Shown here: positions 10,431 through 25,200 of the stretch, one piece after another
How positions within the stretch are numbered: the stretch's first letter is position 1
Layout of the letters: each line of letters opens with the position of its first letter
DNA from: Amphiscolops sp. MND2022
Lineage: Eukaryota
NCBI GenBank assembly: GCA_964187785.1
Contig: OZ076409.1
Location: forward strand, 71,612,001-71,676,000
DNA length: 64,000 bases
Direction: 5' to 3'
Made by a program: the position numbers and the translations under genes
Notes under the pieces: model-generated
The model's input: only the letters and a program-made list of their open reading frames with translations
What the model was told of the DNA's origin: nothing
Database searches by the model: none

Positions 10431-12415
10431 GTGGGCGGGGGTAATTCCCCAACAAAAAAATCGGCCGGCGGGTTGGGTCCTGCCGGACGTCAAATAGTGT
10501 GAAACATCCAGTAGGAAACGGCGACATAAATCAGCGATTTTAAAATTTAACCGTTAGAATTCGGACTTGGAGTGCATGCGGCCCCAAAATGCCCATACGA
10601 ATCGAAGTTCCTGCTGACGTTAAGCGATAAAAACATTTTATAAAAAGTTATGGCTCATTTTACGTTCACCTATAAGGGTAAAATGATGAAAATTTTTACA
10701 AAGTCGCTGATAACTCAAAATACATTAATTTTTGGACTTTGACTGTGAAACAAGCTTAGAACCTTCATTTCGTGGCTGTGGCATTGCACTGAACACAAAA
10801 GATGTAAAGTTTTTACATTTTTTGGAAATTCGACATTTTTGATTTTTTCTCACTACTATCAGTACACTATATGTCAAAAACACCTCTGAAAAAAAATATT
10901 ATTTGCTTAAAATTGGAAACCTTGGTATCCATGGTTTCTGTCGGAACCTACTCGCTGCCAAACACCCAACAGTTTGCATCCAATGTGAAATTAAAATTTT
11001 TTTCGAGGTCTTAGGTGTTTCACAAGGATTTCTCAACTTAGTTTCAATTTACAAATTGGTCATATTGAACACAATATTTTCATCGGAGCTTGTCAGATAC
11101 CGCCCTAATGCTCACTAATGGGCCTACTCGCAACGTTGGAACCGTTTATAGTAATAGAAAGTTAAAAAAAATATTTTCACCCGGTCTTCAGTCATTTTTC
11201 AGTCATTCGGAACTTAACTTAGAAAAATTTCGACCAAAATACCAATTTTTTGTCAGGTCGAAAAATCAAATTCAGATTTTTAAGCAAAATTATTTACTCT
11301 GACGTAACTAGTGGGCCCCATGATACTCAAAAACACGATTGGGAACGGTACCAAGGGCTCCAATTTCATATGAGCCGCGATAAGACGTTATTTTGAGCAA
11401 CACGTCTCAATAGAGGTAAACATCTCGCAAGCCTGGGGTCACAGTGAAAAGTAATTTCATCAAGAATTTACTCATTTTTGTCAATCACTATGTGCACAGA
11501 GTGCGTAGGGTGCGTTTCAGCACTTTAATGAGGTTTTTGAAGGCATCGGTCTGCTCAAGGGGTGGTATGAGACATTTTTTTCCTGTATACTACTGTATTT
11601 TCCAAAACTTTTAGCCAATTATCTGGAAAAACTAACTTGACAAAATACTTTCAATTACTTTATTCAAAGGTTACAATATAGATGAACTCTGTGGTTGATC
11701 AGAAACTCTCAACTATTTTGTTTTCCGGAAAAAATCACTTCGCATCTGTTACATTTGTAGCATGAAAAAAAGCAGAATCTAAAAAATACGCAATTTTGTT
11801 AAGATAGAATCGCGTTGATTGTGCCTAAAAAGTTAATAAACACGTCTGACGCCACCATACAGACCCCAAATGATTGAACATGTCAATCAGAATGCTGACA
11901 TGTGTTCTATCTACGATCATGGTTGGACAATTTTTGCATTATTTTCAAGTACCTGTTAACTGAATCTTGTGATAGCCTTTTAAGTTGGCCTTGTGTCAAC
12001 TTTGGAAGGCTATCACATCAAAAAATTATCAACAAAAATGCTTTTTGTTTATACAATGTTGTTTTCGATAAACATTTTTGCGATTCTAAGCTACCGTTAG
12101 TACCTTCCATGAGGTCAGCTAACGATAGCATGCAGTCTCTGATAAAAAATTATGAACTCAATTACATTTTTCTAAAATTTTTCTTAGAGAAAAGTACAAA
12201 TAAATAAAAACAATATAAAATTCTAATCTCAAACAACTATAAATTGTTTGTTTTTCACCGTAATCAGTTTACCACCCATCACCCTATGTCACGGCACCGT
12301 CATTAGTACAACGCCACATAGTGTAGCGACGTGCACAGTCTGTGGGCATGCCGAGGCATGCCCTTCGACGACGTATGCCGAATACCGCGGGCCTACGCCC
12401 GCGCTCCCCGGCTAG
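10431..12415 (+). mobile_element. Non-autonomous unit, family B (1985 bp)
   Basis: Same termini as other B units; near-identical to 33721-35708. Confidence 0.8.
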
Positions 12416-15400
12416 GTGGGTGGGGGTAATTCCCCAACTAAAAAATCGGCCGGCGGGTAGGGTCCTGCCGGCCGTCCAAAATCAAAAATATACTAGTAGA
12501 AAACGGCCGGTCAAACGAGCTATTTTTTTATTTAACCGTTAGAATTTGGGTTTAGATTGCATGCGGCCATGAAATGGCCATACGAATCGAAGTTCCTGCT
12601 GACGTTTTGCGATTGAAACACTTTATAAAAAGTTATGGCCAATTTGTCAGTCACCTAGAAGGGCAAAATGAGGAAAATTTTAACAAAGTCGCTGATAACT
12701 CAAAATGTGTTATTTTTTGGACTTTGACTGTGAAACAAGCTTGGAACCTTCATTTCGTGGCTGTGGCATTGCACTGAACGCAAAAGATGTAAAGTTTTTA
12801 CATTTTTTGAAAATTTGACATTTTTGAAATTTTTTTCACTACTATCAGTACCATATATGTCAAAAACACCTCAGAAAAAAAATTTTATTTGCTTTAACTT
12901 GGAAACCTTGGTATCCATGGTTTCTGTCGGAACCTACTCGCAACCAAACAACCAACAGTTTGCATCCAATGTGAAAATAAAAAATTTTTCTGGGTCATAA
13001 GCGTTTCACAAGGATTTCTCAACTTAGTATTAATTTACAAAATGGTCATTTTGAACACAATATTTTCATCGAGGCTTGTCGGCTATAGCCTTAATGTTCT
13101 AGAACGGTCCCACTGGCAACGTAGGAACCATTTATAGTAATAGAAAGTTTAAAAAATATATTATCACCCTGTCTTCAGTCATTTTTCTGTCATTCGGAAC
13201 TTAACTTAGAAAAATTTCGACCAAAATACCCATTTTTTGACAGATCGAAAATTCAAATTCAACTTTTTAAGCAAAATTATTAACTCTGACGTAACCAGTG
13301 GGGCTCATGATACTCAAAAACACGATTGGGACTGGTACCAATGGCTCCAATATCATATGAGCCGCGATAAGACGTTATTTTGAGCAATACGTCTCAATTG
13401 AGGGAAACATCTCGCAAGCCTGGGATCACAGTTAAAAGTGATTTCGTCAAAAATTTACTCTTTTTCGTCAATCACTATGTACACAGAGTGCGTAGGGTGA
13501 GTTTCAGCACTATAATGCGGTTTTTGAAGGAATCGGTCTGCACAAGGGGTGGTATGAGACATTTTTTTGCATGTAGTACTATATTTCTCAAAACTTTTAG
13601 CCCATTATCTCGAAAAGCTCACTTCGCAAATTACTTTCAGTTACTCTATTCGAAGCTTAGAATATATATGAACACTGTGGTTGATCAGAAACTCTTGACT
13701 ATTTTGTTTTTGGAAAAAAACTGCCTTGCATGTGTTACATTAGTGGCAGGAAAAATACCAGTAGCTCCAAAAATCACAATTTTGGACGGACAGACCTGCA
13801 ATGATGCAAAGCAAAAACGTTTCAACAACTTCTGGCGCCACTTTTTTTACCCAAGAGGTTCGAAATTACTATTAACAATGCTGACATTCGCTATAAATAA
13901 GATCGAGGTCAATTTACTAACACTTAGGTTATACATTTATATCTGAGAAACCATTCTTTGTCAGGTCGCAATTTTAAATTTAGTTTGGGAAGCAATACTT
14001 TTCACTCTGAAGCAAACCGTTGGGCCCAAATTACTCAAAAACTACAAAAAGACTGTCACCATATGCCCTAATAGCATATGAGATTCGACCGTTCGTTTTT
14101 AACACAAAAACTCTCATCCGAAGTAAACATGTTGAAAGCCTTGAATCACCGTGAGAAATGATTTCATCAAAAAATATTCCTTTTTCGTCAATCTTTATCT
14201 ACACAGAACACGTTGTGTCATTTTCAGCCGTGAAATGAGCTTCTACCGTAATATGGGTTGCTCAAGGTGTTGTATAAGACAAAAACTTCCTCTTTTCTAC
14301 TATCTTCTTCAAATATTTCAACCCTTTGTCACAAGAAGTTAATATTCAAAATCTCTTTGAAATGTTTCTTTAGGTTGGGGTGAAGCGTTAGAACAATAAT
14401 TATGATCGAAGAATGATAGTATTGGTGTTTGGACCATGTCCGGATGAACAAATTGCAAAATCATGAAAAATTTCTTACCATTTTTGGTCATTTTGTCAGT
14501 ACTAAAAATGTTAGCTGAAAAAGAATTTTTTTGATGGCACCATTGGATTCCTCTCAAAAAGTTAGCTATATGAACTGTGTAATAACCCCGTATCTTTTCA
14601 ATTTAAATAATTTTAAAAAGCAAACTTTTTTGACTAAAATCCTAAAAATCATACCATTTCCTAAAAAATTTCAAATGCCCCCCATTTGACGTATAAGAAT
14701 AGCACAGAAAACTATCACATACCGATCGACTCTACTTCCATTGTAGATTACCAGAATTTTGTTTAGAACAATTTTTGACGGATGCAAAAAAAATTTAAAC
14801 CCTCCAAAAAAGGGCCAAAATTACACGAAAAAATTGACCTTAAAATTTTAAAATGTCGAAAAATCATCAAAACCACAGCTTCTTGGGGTTCTATCAACTC
14901 CACGTGGTCCACAGAGTATGTTAAAACAAGTTTTACCCGTATTTGAGCAATATGTGAAAAAGCCGACTTTTTTGGGAATGAAAAACATACCATTTCCTAA
15001 AAAATTTCAAACGCACCCCATTTGACGTATAAGAATAGCACAGAAAACTATCACATACCGATCGACTCTACTTCCATTGTAGGTTACCAGAATCTTGTTT
15101 AGAACAATTGTTGACGGATGCAAAAAAAATTAAACCCTCCAAAAATGGGCCAAAATTACACGAAAAAATTGACCTTAAATTTTTAAAATGTCAAAAAATC
15201 ATCAAAACCACAGCTTCTTGGGGTTCTATCAACTCCACGTGGTCCACAGAGTATGCTAAAACAGGTTTTACCTGTTTCTGAGCTATATGTGAAAAAACCG
15301 ACATTTTGGGGAAGAAAAACATACCATTTCCTAAAAAATTTCAAATGCACGCCATTTGCCGTATGAGAATAGCACAGAAAACTATCACATACCGATCAAC

Positions 15401-17176
15401 TCTACTTCTATTGTAGATTATCAGATTTTTGTTTAGAACAAATTTTTATGGATATAAAAAATTTTTAAACCCTCCAAAAATGAGCCAAAATAACACGAAA
15501 AAATGGACCCTAAATTTTTAAAATGTCAAAAAATTATCCAAACCACAGCTTCTTGGGGTTCTATCAGCTCCACGTGGTCCACAGAGTATGCTAAAACAGG
15601 TTTTGCCCGTTTTTGAGCAGTATATGAAAAAGCCGACATTTTTGGGGAAGAAAAACATACCATTTCCTAAATAATTTCAAATGCAGGCAATTTGCCGTAT
15701 GAGAGTAGCACAGAAAACTATCACACACCGATCAACTCTACTTCTTTTGTAGATTATCAGAATTATGTTTAGAGTAAAGTTTTATGGATATGAAAAATTT
15801 TTATACCCTCCAAAAATGGGCCAAAATGACACGAAAAAATTGACCTCAAATTTTTAAAATGTCAAAAAAATATCCAAACCACAGCGTCTTGGCGTTCTAT
15901 CAACTCCAAATGACCTTCAGAGTATACCAAACCAGGTATTGCCAATCTTTTGAGCAATATTTAAAAACACCGACTATTTGGCAAGAACACCATAATATGT
16001 TCCATATAAGAAGTGAATCATTCCACATATATACCCGGTCTAATATTTCCAAATTAGCGATAACATTTATACATGATGGTTTTTGAAAGTGAGCTTCATA
16101 AGAGGTTGAGATGTAATAATACGTAAATGGACCCTAAGTTTCATTGAAATCTCAATGGAATACGTCCAATCAACTTCAATCCTAACTATTATATATCAAA
16201 AAACACTTGAGTACATTCCATCTCCCCATCGGGGGAGATGAGAATGTACTTTTCAAAAGCCAAAAACTTCGAATTTTAAATCTTTTGTAACATTGTATGT
16301 AACTGTTGAAACGATGAACGAATGAAAATGCTTCTAGTACCTTCATCAATTTTTGCTTCAGCTCCTATTTCTGCAGAACAAAACCAAAAGACACACTTAC
16401 AGCAGTTAAGTTCGATTGTATAACTCAGTGAGTAAAGGTATGACTGAGGAAGTTCACAAGTTGTTTCAAAAGTTTCCGGCCTTCCAAAATCATGAAACGT
16501 CCACACAACCAAGATAGCAAGTGAAAGAATGCTGAATGCACCTTATTAGATGAGATAAATAATGTGTGGAACTTGCCATTATCTCAAGATGACGTTGATT
16601 TATGATCTTTTAAGGATAGTTCGATATGTGACCACAATAGTGGAAAACTTATTACTATTTGAAGAACACCGTGGAAAGCGTTCAGAAAGGACAGTATATT
16701 TGTTTCGAGCATGCATGCGTGTGTTCCTTTGGTGACGTTAGCTTAGTGTACATGACGGAGGTATTCGAGAGATTATGATAGAGTTTACTCACAAGTCTTT
16801 GTTTTTTTAAACTTTCTATGCCGTTGAGTACATTCGTAAGGTACATCCATCCCCTTCTCTGGGAATGTACGTTTGCCAAATGACTGTCATCCAAAATTCG
16901 TAATCCGGACGAGTTTAACTACATAAACATGTGATGAGCGTTTTCAATTCACAACCGAATAACATTTTTTTTCTCGAAAATGATGATGGTTTTGATTTTG
17001 ATGTCTTCTACTTTTATCATCATGCAAACGACCTTACCATGTCTCTCTTCTGTCGTCATTTGTACAACGCCACATAGCGTTCCGACGCCCACCGTCTGTG
17101 GGCATGCCGAGGCATGCCCTTCGACGACGTATGCCAAATGAGCCATACCCGCACTCTGGAGTGCGGTAGCGGCTAG
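12416..17176 (+). mobile_element. Non-autonomous unit, family A1 (4761 bp)
   Basis: Near-identical to 3684-8447; CTAG at 17173-17176. Confidence 0.8.
14645..16000. repeat. ~336-bp tandem repeat inside A1
   Basis: Copy of the 5915-7270 repeat; boundaries approximate. Confidence 0.9.
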
Positions 17177-19168
17177 GTGCGGGGGGGAAACCCCATCCCT
17201 TATCTTGGAGGATTCGGGTAGGGTCCTGAATCCGAGTTCAGTGCCGCCAGCTCTCAGTAGAAATCTGGGAAATTTTTTGCGATCTCGTGATCTAACCATA
17301 GGATTTTAAAGTTGGAGCGGCCCCCACCAGATTTTCCAAAGTTATTCGCCCCCCACCGGGTTCCAGCGTGATTGAAATATTCTGACGGGGTACACGGGCG
17401 ACCGTTAGGGGTCATTTTAGGGGTAAAATTTATATAATGTCGCATAACTTTTTTCCTGTTGGATTAAAACTTTGGGACCCTGCTAAAAGTTTCTTGACCG
17501 TGTTGCGGGGGCTCCGGAGGTCCAAACCAAATTTTTCTATCTTGAAGCTATCTCCAAGTACCCCCCCGCCCAAACCGTTATTTTTCCGGAAACGCAGGTT
17601 TTTGACCCGGAAGGAGTCGTCTGAGCGCGGGGTCGTTAGGTGATGTATTGGGGACGGCCTCGAGACGAAGCGGGGGATATATAGTTTGCCGACCCCAGTT
17701 TACCCCCCGCACGGGAAATGACCGTTATTTGAGCGGGAAAAATGCCCCCCTCCACTTTTTACCGCTATTTCCGGTGTGAAGGAGTGGGAGTAGCGCGTCG
17801 GGTGTTATATATCAAAAGTAGGTTTAGACAAGGACCTATCAGGAACATGTGGTTTGGGACCCCCTGGTCCAACCCGTTAGCGAGAAATGGGGCTTCCGCC
17901 TCCTTTTTTTACTGCTAAAACCGTAAAATGGGCATTGAGGGGTAAATATCTCGTGAACGCGTGGAGCTACGGTGTCCTTCACTACTACAAGGTTTCATAC
18001 CCATGATATGGTGCCTTCAGGGGGGCAAACAGATTTACGCTATCTATTACCGTTACGGACTTGGCCCCCCAGCCTAACCGCTATGTGACCGGAAATGTCA
18101 CTTTTTGGGCCCAAAGGGTCGATCCTAGCCGGGCAACGTTAGGTAACATATTGTAGTACTCATTGAGACGAGTTGGGGGATATAGTTTCAGTCACCCCCC
18201 GTTACCCCTTGAGACCGGAAATGACCGTTATGTGAGTAGAATTGCAATTTCTATACCTTTTGAAGGGCATTCAGATGCGGAAGGAGTGGTTATAGGTGCT
18301 TGGACACCATATGATGTAATGGAGGTCGTGAGGAGAGCATTCGGAAGTAACCGTTACGTTGACCCCAAAGTCCTCTTGGTACCGTTAACGAACGGAAATG
18401 GCCAAATTTTGTGTTTATAGGGTACAAATGTTTGGTATTTTATGGATAAAAGTACCTGGAAGGTGTTTTAAAGGCCTCCAGAAGTGAACATAGTCATGAA
18501 ACCTTGTGGGGGGTAACGGTATATAGCACCGGAAGTCCAAACCGTTGGTTACAGAATAGGTTTTTTGGTTTCAAAATGTCTTTAGGCGTAGTTTTGTGGG
18601 TTGAATTGTCATAATATCAACTAATACGGACTTTTTTCGGAAATAAAATTTTTTCACATTAGTTTCAGGGACCTCCAATGCTTCAGTCAACATAACCGTT
18701 ACATTTTGATAGCCTTTCAAGTTGGCCTGGTGTCAACTTGGAAGGGCTATCCTTCTAAAATCGTTAATCAAGAGTGTTTTCGGGTAGGTATATGTTGCAT
18801 TAGTACCAATTAGAGCTTCATCAAGAGTTTGCCAACGGCAAAAACGATGTCGTGATAATTCCGTTATAAGAATATTAGTTAACAAATTGTTTACTAAGTT
18901 GATTTTTTCAATGTAAAATGTGTCCTGATGCCACCAAATTGAATAAAATAATGAATGGTATTGACTAAAACTAAATAACAATGAAAAAGAATATCAACAT
19001 TTTAATAGGTCTCGTTATGGAAGCTGAAACCTCACGTTTTAACATAATTAACGTCAACGCCACATACTTTACATCAACGCCCACCGTCTGTGGGCATGCC
19101 GAGGCATGCCCTTCGACGACGTATACCAAACAACCTCCATATCTACACCCGATTGCGGTAGCAGCTAG
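17177..19168 (+). mobile_element. Non-autonomous unit, family C (1992 bp)
   Basis: Starts GTGCGGGGGG with hairpin GGATTCGGG-TAGGGT-CCTGAATCC. GC-richer body rich in CCGGAAAT/ACCGTTA motifs. Ends with the GGCATGCC hairpin and GCAGCTAG. Confidence 0.8.
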
Positions 19169-21141
19169 GTGCGGGGGGGTAACCCCAACAAATATATTGG
19201 AGGATTCGGGTAGGGTCCTGAATCCGATTTTAACTCTAATAGCTATCGATAGGAAATCTTGCAAAAATTTCGGGATCTCGTGATCTAACCATAGGATTTT
19301 AAAGTTGGAGCGGCCCCCACCAGATTTTCCAAAGTTATTCGCCCCCCACCGGGTTCCAGCGTGATTGAAATATTTTGACGGGGTACACGGGCGACCGTTA
19401 GGGGTCATTTTGGGGGTAAAATTTATAAAAGTTCGCATAACTTTTTTCCTGTTGGTTTAAAACTTTAGGACCCTGCTAAAAGTTTCTTGACCATGTTGCA
19501 AGGGCTCCGGAGGTCCAAACCAATTTTTTCTATCTTGAAGCTATCTCCAAGTACCCCCCCGCTCAAACCGTTATTTTTCCGGAAACGCCGGTTTTTGACC
19601 CGGAAGGAGTCGTCTGAGCGTGGGGTCGTTAGGTGATGTTTTGGGGACGGCCTCGAGACGAAGCGGGGGATATATAGTTTGCCGACCCCAATTTACCCTC
19701 CGGACGGGAAATGACCGTTATATGAGCGGTAAAAATGCCCCCCTCCACGTTTTACCGCTATTTCCGGTGTGAAGGAGTGGGAGTAGCGCGTCGGGTGCTA
19801 TATAACAAAAGTAGGTTTAGACAAGGACCTATCGGAAACATGTAGTTTGGGACCCCCTGGTCCAACCCGTTAGCGGAAAATGGGGCTTCCGCCTCCTTTT
19901 TTTACTGCTAAACCCGTAAAATGGGCATTGAGGGGTAAATATCTCGTGAACGCGTGGAGCAATCGTGTCCATCACTACTACTAGGTTTCATACCCATGAT
20001 ATGGTGCCTTCAGGGGGGCAAACAGATTTCCGCTATCTATCACCGTTACCGACTTGGCCCCCCAGCCTAACCGCTATGTGACCGGAAATGTCACTTTTTA
20101 AGCCCAAAGGGTCGGTCCCAGCCGGGGAACGTTAGGTAACTTATTGTAGTACTCAATGAGACGAGTTGGGGGATATAGTTTCAGTCACCCCCCGTTACCC
20201 CGTGGGACCGGAAATGACCGTTATGTGGGTAAAATTGCAATTTTTATACTTTTTCAAGTGTATTTAGGTGCGGAAGGAGTGGTAATAGGTGCTTGGACAC
20301 TATATGAGGTAAGGGAGGACGTGAGGCGAGCATTCGGAAATAACCGTTATGTTAACCCTAAAGTCCCCCTGGTACCGTAAACGACCGGAAATGGTCAAAT
20401 TTTGTGTCTATTGGGTTCAAATGTTTAGTATTTTGTAGATAAAAGTATCTATTAGGTGTTTCGACGGTCTGCAATAGTGAACATAGTCATGAAACCTTGT
20501 GGGGGGTAACGGGGTATATAGCACCGGAAGTCCAAACCGTTGGACACAGGATAGGTTTTTGGTTTGAAAATGTCTTTCGGCGTACTTTTGTCGACTATTA
20601 TGGACTATTATTAAAAATTAAAGTTTTTCCATATAGTTTCAGAGACTCCGAAACCTCAACCAACATAACCGTTACATTTTGATAGCCTTTCAAGTTGGCC
20701 TGGTGTCAACTTGGAAGCGCTATCCTTCTGAAATCGTTAATCAAGAGTGTTTTTGGGTAGGTATATATTGCATTAGTACCAATTAGAGCTTCATCAACAG
20801 TGTATCAACGACAAAAACTATGCCGTCATGATTCCGTTATTAGAATCATAGTGAGCAAAGTGTTGAAAAAAATGGTTTTTTCCATACAAAATGTGTCCTA
20901 AATACCAGGAAACCTATTTACCTAACAAATGGTATTAATTGGAATGTTTGTAACAGATTTATAAAAGTTCAAATTGAATATTACATTTCATTATGGAAGC
21001 TGAAACGTCATATTTTAGTTTAATTAACGTCAACGCCACACACTTTACATCAACGCACACCGTCTGTGGGCATGCCGAGGCATGCCCTTCGACGACGTAT
21101 GACAAATCCATATCAAACGACGCCCGTACATCCCGGGCTAG
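19169..21141 (+). mobile_element. Non-autonomous unit, family C (1973 bp)
   Basis: C-type body; variant 3' tail CGCCCGTACATCCCGGGCTAG. Confidence 0.8.
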
Positions 21142-22210
21142 GTGGTCAAGGGGGATGCCCATCAGAAAATATTGCGAGGCCGGGGAGGGTCCCGAGAGCC
21201 GAGCACATTCTATCAATTCCTACCTTCAGGATTGCGAAGTATTTTAACCGATCTCGAAATTCACCCGTAGGATTTGTCTGAAACTTTGCATGTGGCTTTA
21301 TCTCAAAAATTTAGGAATTTTTTTCTGCTGACGTTTTTCCAGGAAAATTCATTTTGTAGGGTTTTTTTGCGTTTTTTTGGTTTTTTTCATCTTTGTTCAT
21401 CTTTGATTAATCAATGACCGAATCAAAGGCCATTTTCACCATGAAGGAAAACCCGTAGCGGCAAAGTGCACTTTTATGAAAATCATCAATGGTTAACGGT
21501 CTTTCGAACGGTCCGAAAAAATTTCCCCCCGGGGGAAACCAAAGTGCCGAAAAGTGCCAAAATTATTTTTTTGACTGAATCACTTTGATCAAATTGATGA
21601 TTTGAGCAGCCGGAACGGTCCGCACGGTCTCGGACAATAAGGTCAAAAATTGTCAGCATCCAATGGGGGTTCCAAAAATGTAATTCGTTCACCTGTAGGA
21701 GACATCAGAAAAAAGTTGATTTTTTGGGGTATATGTCATTATGAGTGATTGGATGAGAAATAATTGTATCACTTTCAGTTGGATATGATGCAGCACAGGA
21801 AGCAGCTGCAGCAAACTTGAAACTAATTATGGGGCTGGGGTTTACCCTCTGTATCAAGCAAAGAAGCCCTAGGGCATAAGTTGTGCCAAAAAATGCCTCA
21901 AAGTGATGATTGGTTATTGCAAATCGATCAGCAAAATCTATTGTCACCGGTGTTCCGAGAGTTGCGCAGCACCTCGCAGGAACAACGGTGCTTGCTTAGA
22001 AAGCAAAAAACCACAAAATCCCTTGAGTTAAGTTGACGGCAGTCACCATAGACATTCACTCGTCAGGGTGATGATATTTATCGTTCAGTCCCAGAATAAC
22101 TTACAAAAAATTGCTAGCCTCAATATTTCTTTTTCATACTCCATTAGCAAAGGTTGCGCTGTTAAGTTTAGGCCTTTTACTAGCAGTGCTCTAAATCGCT
22201 CCATCGCTAG
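21142..22210 (+). mobile_element. Single-copy unit D (1069 bp); has 5' motifs but lacks the conserved 3' block
   Basis: Starts GTGGTCAAGGGG; GGGTCC at +45; GATCTCG..CCGTAGGATTT..GAAACTTTGCATG motif; ends GCTAG at 22210 with no GGCATGCC hairpin. Confidence 0.6.
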
Positions 22211-25200
22211 GTGGGCGGGGGTAATTCCCCAACAAAAAAATCGGCCGGCGGGTCGGGTCCTGCCGGCCGTCCAAAATCAAAATCCTCCTAGTAGAAAACG
22301 GCCGGTCAAACGAGCTATTTTTTTATTTAACCGTTAGAATTTGGGTTTAGATTGCATGCGGCCATGAAATGGCCATACGAATGGAAGTTCCTGCTGACGT
22401 TTTGCGATTGAAACACTTTATAAAAAGTTATGGCCAATTTGTCATTCACCTAGAAGGGCAAAATGAGGAAAATTTTAACAAAGTCGCTGATAACTCAAAA
22501 TGTAATAATTTTTGGACTTTGACAGTGAAACAAGCTTGGAACTGTCATTTCGTGGCTGTGGCATTGCACTGAACACAAAAGATGTAAAGTTTTCACATTT
22601 TTTGAAAATTCGACATTTTTGAATTTTTTTTCACTACTATCAGTACACTATATGTCAAAAACGCCTCTGAAAAAAATTTTTATTTGCTTAAAATTAGAAA
22701 CCTTGGTATCCATGGTTTCCGTCAGTACCTACTCGCTGCCAAACGCTCAACAGTTTGCATCCAATGTGAAAATATAATTTTTTTCGAGGTCATAGGTGTT
22801 TCACAAGGATTTCTCAACTTAGTATCTATTTACAAATTGGTCATTTTGAACACATTATTTTCATCGAAGCGTGTCAGATACCACCCTAATGCTCACGAAT
22901 GGGCCTACTGGCAACGTTGGAACCATTTTTAGCAATAGAAAGTATTAAAAAAATATTTTCACCCGGTCTTCAGTCATTTTTCAGACATTCGGTACTTAAC
23001 TTAGAAAAATTTCGCATCAAAAACCCATATTTGGTAGGGTCGAAATTTGAAATTCAGTTTTTTATGCAAAATTATTAACTCTGACGTAACCAGTGGAGCC
23101 CATGATACTCAAAAACACGATTGGGACTGGTATCAGTGGCTCCAATAACATATGAGCCGCGATAAGACGTTATTCAGAGCAAACGCTCTAAATCGAAGTA
23201 AACATCTCTGAAGCCTGGGATCACAGTGAAATGTGATATCACCAAAAGTTTACTCTTTTTTGTCAATCACTATGTACACAGAGTGCGTAGGGTGAGTTTC
23301 AGGACTATAATGAGGTTTTTGAAGTAATCGCGCTGCTCAAGGTGTGGTATGAGACTATTTTTTCCCATATACTACTACATTTCCATAAATTTGCAGTCCA
23401 TTGTCTTGGAAAGATAACTTCACAAAAACAATTTTTCTACTCTATTCAGTTATTAGAATAAAGTTGAACACTGTGGTTGATCAGAAATGCTCAATTCTTT
23501 TGGTTTTTAAAAAAATTCCTTCGCATTCGTTACATTTGTGGAAGGAAGGTTATCAGTAGCTCCAAAAAAACGAAATTTAGCACGAACAGACATGCAACGA
23601 TGCAAAGCAAAAACGTTTTTACAACTTCCGACGTCATTATTTTACCCAAGAAGTTCGAAAATATCATTCGCAATGCTGTCATTCGCTATATATACGATCG
23701 CGGTCAATTTACAAACATTTAGATTTCATTGTTCTGCTTGAAAACCAATTTTTGTCAGGTCGAAATTTTAAATTTTGCCTGGGGAGCAATACCCTTCACG
23801 CTGAAGTAAACAGTGGGGCCCAAGTTACTCAAAAACAAGAAAGAGACTGCTACAATATGTCCTAATAACATATGGACCACGATATTACGTTTTTCACACA
23901 AAAAACTCTCATCCGAAGTAAATATGTTGAAAGCTTTTAATCACCGTGAGAAGTGATTTCATCAAAAAATAACTCTTTTTTGTCAATCACTGTTTACACA
24001 GAATTTGTAAAGTTAGTTTGAGTCATGAAATGAGGCTTTACCGTAATATGGGTTGCTCAAGGTGTTATATAAGACAAAAACTTCCTCTTTTCTACTAGCT
24101 TCTTCAAATATTTCAACCCTTTGTCACAATAAGTTAATATTCAAAATCTCTTTGAAATGTATCTTTATGTTGGGGTGAAGTCTAAGAACAATAACTATGA
24201 TCGAAGAATGCTAGTACTGGTGTTTGAACCATGTCCGGATGAACAAATCACAAAATCATCAAAAAATTGTTCCCTTTTTTGGTTATTTTGGCAGTACTAA
24301 AAATGTTAGCCGATAAATAATTTTTTCGATGGCACCATTGGATTCCTCTCAAAAAGTTGGTTATATGACCTGTGTAATAACCCCGTATCTTTTCAATTTA
24401 AATATATTTAAAAAGCCAACTATTTTGACCAAAATCCTAAAAATCATACCATTTCCTAAAAATTTTCAAATGCACCCCATTTGACGTATAAGATAAGCAC
24501 AGAAAACTATCATATACCGATCAACTCTACTCCTATTGTAGATTATTAGAATTTTGTTTAGAATGAATTTTGATGAATATTAAAAAAATTTTGAACCCTC
24601 CAAAAATGGGCCAAAATTACACGAAAAAATTGACCTTAAAATACCAAAATGTCAAAAAATCATCAAAACCCAGGCTTCTTGGGGTTCTATCAACTCCGCG
24701 TGGTCCACAGAGTATGCTAAAACAGGTTTTACCCGTTTTTGAGCAATATGTGAAAAAACCGACATTTTTGGGAAAGAAAAACGTACCATTTCCTAAAAAA
24801 ATTCAAATGCACGTCATTTGCCGTATTAGAATAGCACAGAAAACTATCACATACCAATCAACTCTACTTTCATTGCAGATGAACAGAATTTTGTTTAGAA
24901 TAAATTTTACCGGATAATAAAAAAATTTGAATACTTCAAAAATGGGCCAAAAATACACGAAAAAATGGACCTTAAAAATTTAAAATGTCAAAAAATCATC
25001 AAAACAACAGCTTCTTGGGGTTCTATCAACTCCACGAGGTCCACAGAGTATGCTAAAACAGGTTTTACCCGTTTTTGAGCAATATGTGAAAAAGCCGACA
25101 TTTTTGGGAAAGAAAAACATACCATTTCCTAAAAAAATTCAAATGCACGCCATTTGCCGTATGAAAATAGCACAGAAAACTATCACATACCAATCAACTC

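Noticed and set aside
21705..21947. 80-aa minus-strand ORF in unit D as a captured gene
   Set aside because: Short, with a non-ATG start, no motif and no convincing splice continuation.
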